The notes under the pieces were generated by a model. That model had not been told where the DNA came from, did no database searches, and saw only the letters and a list, made by a program, of their open reading frames with translations. From Escherichia coli (GTDB lineage: Bacteria > Pseudomonadota > Gammaproteobacteria > Enterobacterales > Enterobacteriaceae), in NCBI RefSeq assembly GCF_003019035.1, contig NZ_CP027447.1: a stretch of DNA of 64,000 bases. The stretch is one strand, 5' to 3'. The position numbers and the translations under genes are program-made. Positions 60,237 to 64,000 of the stretch are shown in pieces. The first letter of the stretch is position 1, and every line of letters starts with the position of its first letter.

Positions 60237-60949
60237 TGAATACCCTGGCGCTGAATGCGCAATCGCCGCAGCCGACCGCCACGGCGGAAAGCAACAACGT
60301 GGCGGCCAGCGACACGCAAAGTAGCAGCGATAGCTCGCCCGTCGATACCTTCCTGACGCTGTTTGTCGCTGAGATCCAAAACCAGGACCCGACCGACCCG
60401 ACCGACGCCACCGAATATATCGACCAGCTTTCGTCAATGGCGCAGGTGGCGATGATGGAAGAGATGAGCGTGCAGGCGAATACCAACGCGGTGTTGATGA
60501 GCAACATTCAGGTGATGGCGCTCGGCAACCTGGTGGGCGACGACATTATGGTGCAGACCACCGCCTTGCAGGTGAGTGACCAGACCATTAACGGTCGCGC
60601 CACGCTTGACGACGCCTGTACCACCGCCGATCTCCACTTTACCGATGCCGCAGGCGATGACTATACGGTGTCGCTGATCCCGGAAGGGAGTTCGTCCGTC
60701 GGGCCAGGCCAGGTGGATTTCTCGGTGAATCCCGCGGATTACGGTATCCCGCCGGGTGATTACGACGTCTCGGTGGTCACCAACACCGGGGAAGAAGAGG
60801 TGCCGATTGAAGTCTCCGGCGAAGTGGAAGATGTGCGCATCCCGCTCGACGGCAGCTCTCCGGTGCTCAATGTTGCAGGTGTAGGCGAAGTGCCGTTCAC
60901 CATGATTAGCCAGTTTGGCGTACCCGATGCCGACAGTGATGTGGCGTAA
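60236..60949 (+). CDS. lfgD: Lateral flagellar hook capping protein (FlgD homologue)
   Basis: 237-aa ORF; position between the FlgC and FlgE homologues. Confidence 0.8.
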   Translation: MNTLALNAQSPQPTATAESNNVAASDTQSSSDSSPVDTFLTLFVAEIQNQDPTDPTDATEYIDQLSSMAQVAMMEEMSVQANTNAVLMSNIQVMALGNLVGDDIMVQTTALQVSDQTINGRATLDDACTTADLHFTDAAGDDYTVSLIPEGSSSVGPGQVDFSVNPADYGIPPGDYDVSVVTNTGEEEVPIEVSGEVEDVRIPLDGSSPVLNVAGVGEVPFTMISQFGVPDADSDVA

Positions 60950-60971
60950 GAACAATTAACAGGAAGAAACA

Positions 60972-62174
60972 ATGAGTTATGAAATTGCCGCAACGGGGCT
61001 GAATGCCGTTAACGAACAGCTGGACGGGATCAGTAACAACATCGCCAACGCCGGAACGGTAGGCTATAAGTCGATGACCACCCAGTTTTCAGCCATGTAT
61101 GCCGGAAGTCAGGCGATGGGCGTCAGCGTGGCAGGCACCGCGCAAAGTATTTCGCGCGGCGGTTCGCTGGTATCCACCGGTAACGCGCTGGATCTGGCGA
61201 TTAACGACGACGGTTTTTTTGTTACCTGCGACAGCGCGGGCAACATTTCTTATACCCGCGCCGGATCGTTTGAAACCGACAAAAACGGCTATATCGTCAA
61301 CGCCTCAGGCGCTTATTTGCAGGGCTATCCGGTCGATGACACGGGCACCCTGCAAACCGGTACAGTCACCGATATCCAGATCAAAACTGGCAATATTCCG
61401 GCGCAGGCCAGCAGCAGCCTGACCTTTACCGCCAACTTCGATGCCAGCGACGACGCTATCGACCGCACTACCGTACCGTTCGACGCGACCAACAGCAGCT
61501 CGTACACCGACAGCTACACCACCACGGTGTACGACTCATTAGGCAACGAACATTCGGTATGCCAGTACTTCACCAAAACCAGCGACAACACCTGGGAAGT
61601 GCAGTACACCTTCGACGGTCAGCAGCAGACCGGCGTTCCAGCGACGACGTTAACCTTCGACCCGAACACCGGGAAGCTGACTTCGCCAACTACGCCGCAG
61701 ACCATTGAATTTCAGACCGACGCCGCCGCACCCATCGACTTAACCGTCGATTACTCCACCTGTACGCAATACGGTTCTGAATTTTCTGTCACCACCAACG
61801 CCGCCGACGGCTACGCCTCCGCGACTCAGAACGGTGTGCAGGTCGATGACGATGGCAAAGTTTACGCCACCTACAGCAACGGCGAGCGCATGTTGCAGGG
61901 CCAGGTGGTGCTGGCGACTTTCCCTAACGACGACGGCCTGCAAGCCGTAAGCGGTACCGCGTGGGTACAAACCGGGGAATCCGGCACGCCACTGATTGGT
62001 GTTCCCGGTTCCGGAACCTGCGGCACGCTCACGTCGGGAGCGCTTGAGAGCTCTAACGTCGATATTACCAGCGAACTGGTTAACCTGATGACCGCCCAGC
62101 GTAACTATCAGGCCAACACCAAAGTGATCGCCACCAGCACGCAGCTCGATGACGCGCTGTTCCAGGCAATGTAA
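60972..62174 (+). CDS. lfgE: Lateral flagellar hook protein (FlgE homologue)
   Basis: 400-aa ORF; N-terminal GLNAVNEQLDGISNNIANAGTVGYK and C-terminal hook-family heptads. Confidence 0.9.
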   Translation: MSYEIAATGLNAVNEQLDGISNNIANAGTVGYKSMTTQFSAMYAGSQAMGVSVAGTAQSISRGGSLVSTGNALDLAINDDGFFVTCDSAGNISYTRAGSFETDKNGYIVNASGAYLQGYPVDDTGTLQTGTVTDIQIKTGNIPAQASSSLTFTANFDASDDAIDRTTVPFDATNSSSYTDSYTTTVYDSLGNEHSVCQYFTKTSDNTWEVQYTFDGQQQTGVPATTLTFDPNTGKLTSPTTPQTIEFQTDAAAPIDLTVDYSTCTQYGSEFSVTTNAADGYASATQNGVQVDDDGKVYATYSNGERMLQGQVVLATFPNDDGLQAVSGTAWVQTGESGTPLIGVPGSGTCGTLTSGALESSNVDITSELVNLMTAQRNYQANTKVIATSTQLDDALFQAM

Positions 62175-62911
62175 TGGATCGCTTGATTTATACCGCCCTG
62201 AGCGGGGCTTCTCAGACGTTGTATGAGCAGCAGATTAGCGCCAACAACCTGGCGAACGTCAACACCAACGGTTTTCGCGCCGATATGGCAATGGCGACCA
62301 ATGACAAGGTGAAAGGCGGCGGCTTCGACACTCGCTATATGGCGCAGGAAGGGGCCAGCGGCGTGAACGACAGCACGGGTGCGGCGGAGAAAACCGAACG
62401 CCCGCTGGACGTGGCGATTCAGGGCGCGGGTTACATTGCGGTGCAGGATAAAAACGGCAACGAAGTCTATACCCGCAACGGCAACATTCAGCAGGACGAC
62501 CAGGGGCAACTGACCATCGACGGCAATCTGGTGCTGGGGGATAACGGGCCGATCATTCTGCCGCCGAACGCTATTGCTTCGTTTGGCAGCGACGGCACGC
62601 TGTCGGTGACGCCCGATGACGGCGACGTGACCGCGACGATGGATATCGACCGCCTGAAGCTGGTGGATATTCCGGTTGCTAACCTGGCGAAAAATCCTGA
62701 AGGGATGCTGATAACGGCGGATGGCGTTCCGGCCCAGCGCGATGAAAACATCAAAGTCAGCGGCGGTTTTCTCGAAGGCAGCAACGTCTCGGCGGTGAGC
62801 GAAATGATGTCGTCCATCGCCATGAATCGCCAGTTTGAAGCGCAGATCAAGATGATGAAAACCGCCGAAGATATCAGCGACGCGGGCAACCGCTTATTGC
62901 GCGGCTCGTAA
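62174..62911 (+). CDS. lfgF: Lateral flagellar rod protein (FlgF homologue)
   Basis: 245-aa ORF overlapping the lfgE stop (TAATG). Confidence 0.85.
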   Translation: MDRLIYTALSGASQTLYEQQISANNLANVNTNGFRADMAMATNDKVKGGGFDTRYMAQEGASGVNDSTGAAEKTERPLDVAIQGAGYIAVQDKNGNEVYTRNGNIQQDDQGQLTIDGNLVLGDNGPIILPPNAIASFGSDGTLSVTPDDGDVTATMDIDRLKLVDIPVANLAKNPEGMLITADGVPAQRDENIKVSGGFLEGSNVSAVSEMMSSIAMNRQFEAQIKMMKTAEDISDAGNRLLRGS

Positions 62912-62920
62912 CCGCACATC

Positions 62921-62954
62921 GTAGGCCGGATAAGGCGTTCACGCCGCATCCGGC
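62921..62954. repeat. REP (repetitive extragenic palindrome) element
   Basis: gtaggccggataaggcgttcacgccgcatccggc matches the E. coli REP consensus. Confidence 0.75.
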
Positions 62955-62989
62955 AACTGCGGCCCAAAAATAACACGGAATTTACCACC

Positions 62990-63775
62990 ATGAACGCAGC
63001 ACTATGGATCAGCAAAACCGGCCTCTCGGCGCAGGATGCTGAAATGAGCGCGATTGCCAACAACATCGCCAACGTTAACACCACCGGCTTCAAGCGCGAT
63101 CGGGTGATGTTTCAGGATCTGTTCTACCAGACCCAGGAAGCGCCGGGCGCGATGCTCGACCAGAACAACATCATGCCGACCGGGCTGCAATTCGGGAGCG
63201 GCGTACGCATTGTCGGTACCCAGAAAACCTTCACCGAAGGCAACGTTGAGACCACCGACAACGCGATGAATGTCGCCATTATGGGGCAGGGATTTTTGCA
63301 GGTGCAAAAGGCCAACGGCGATATCGCCTATACCCGCGATGGCAACTTACAGGTGAACGCCGACGGCGTACTGACCAACTCGCAGGGCTTGCCGTTGCAG
63401 CCGGAAATCGACGTTCCGGCGGGGGCGACCAACGTTGCGTTTGGTGAGGACGGCACGGTGACGGCGATCTTACCCGGCGACAGCGATGTGACCGAGTTAG
63501 GGCAACTGACACTGGTGAACTTCGCTAACCCGGCGGGGCTCTCCGCCGAGGGCGACAACCTGTATCTGGAAACCGCTGCCAGCGGTCAGCCGACCGAAGG
63601 CGTACCGGGCGAAGATGGGCTTGGCACCTTGCAGGATAACGCGCTGGAAGGATCGAACGTGGATATCGTCAACGAGATGGTGGCGATGATTACGGTGCAA
63701 CGCGCGTACGAGATGAACGCCAAAATGGTCTCGGCGGCAGACGATATGTTGCAGTACATCAGTCAGACGCTGTAA
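62990..63775 (+). CDS. lfgG: Lateral flagellar distal rod protein (FlgG homologue)
   Basis: 261-aa ORF; N-terminal ALWISKTGLSAQDAEMSAIANNIANVNTTGFK rod motif. Confidence 0.9.
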   Translation: MNAALWISKTGLSAQDAEMSAIANNIANVNTTGFKRDRVMFQDLFYQTQEAPGAMLDQNNIMPTGLQFGSGVRIVGTQKTFTEGNVETTDNAMNVAIMGQGFLQVQKANGDIAYTRDGNLQVNADGVLTNSQGLPLQPEIDVPAGATNVAFGEDGTVTAILPGDSDVTELGQLTLVNFANPAGLSAEGDNLYLETAASGQPTEGVPGEDGLGTLQDNALEGSNVDIVNEMVAMITVQRAYEMNAKMVSAADDMLQYISQTL

Positions 63776-63785
63776 GGCCGAAATG

Positions 63786-63821
63786 TCGGATGCGACGCTG
63801 ACGCGTCTTATCCGACCTACA
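63786..63821. repeat. REP element
   Basis: gtcggatgcgacgctgacgcgtcttatccgacctac, REP-type palindrome after lfgG. Confidence 0.7.
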
Positions 63822-63857
63822 AGAGCACATAACTCACTGTATTTAAACAGGCAGAAC

Positions 63858-64000
63858 GTGAAAAATTATCTCTGGCTGGTGGCGCTGCTTCCCCTGCTTA
63901 GCGGGTGTGAATCGCAGGCCATTCTGGTCAAAAAAGACGACGCATACTTTGCGCCACCAACCACCGAAGCGCCGCCTCCGGCAGACGGGCGTGCCGGGGG
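63858..64000 (+). CDS. lfgH: Lateral flagellar L-ring lipoprotein (FlgH homologue), 5' partial, runs off the window
   Basis: GTG start; translation VKNYLWLVALLPLLSGCE has a lipobox (LLSGC); ORF open to the window end. Confidence 0.55.
   Translation, partial: MKNYLWLVALLPLLSGCESQAILVKKDDAYFAPPTTEAPPPADGRAG

Overview
Enterobacterial (Escherichia coli-like) chromosomal window with three parts. (1) 1-1400: tRNA-Asp (aspV-type) with its terminator, then lipoprotein gene yafT. (2) About 1460-32460: a type VI secretion island. The minus strand carries tssB-tssC-tssE-tssF-tssG-tagH-tssJ-tssK-tssL-clpV-(VasI-like)-tssA-tssM-tagA, followed by a second Hcp paralogue and two AT-rich genes (a putative membrane-active effector and a small membrane protein). 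The plus strand carries hcp-vgrG-PAAR/Rhs, a glycine-rich Rhs C-terminal domain, a small lipoprotein (putative immunity) and an H-repeat/ISAs1-type transposase. (3) 32480-40440: core genes yafV, ivy, fadE, gmhA, yafJ, yafK, yafQ-dinJ and yafL. (4) 40530-64000: a Flag-2 type lateral-flagellar locus (lfhAB, lfiRQPNM, lafK, lfiEFGHIJ, lfgNMA, lfgBCDEFG and partial lfgH) with an embedded TagD-like cytidylyltransferase gene and a large three-domain glycosyltransferase gene. The most notable observations are an orphan Hcp/effector/immunity-like module at the island edge, an in-frame TAG that separates the Rhs core from its toxin tip, and a predicted CDP-glycerol-dependent modification module inside the flagellar locus. 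All calls rest on reading the supplied translations and sequence; no database search was run, and gene names are from recalled family signatures.
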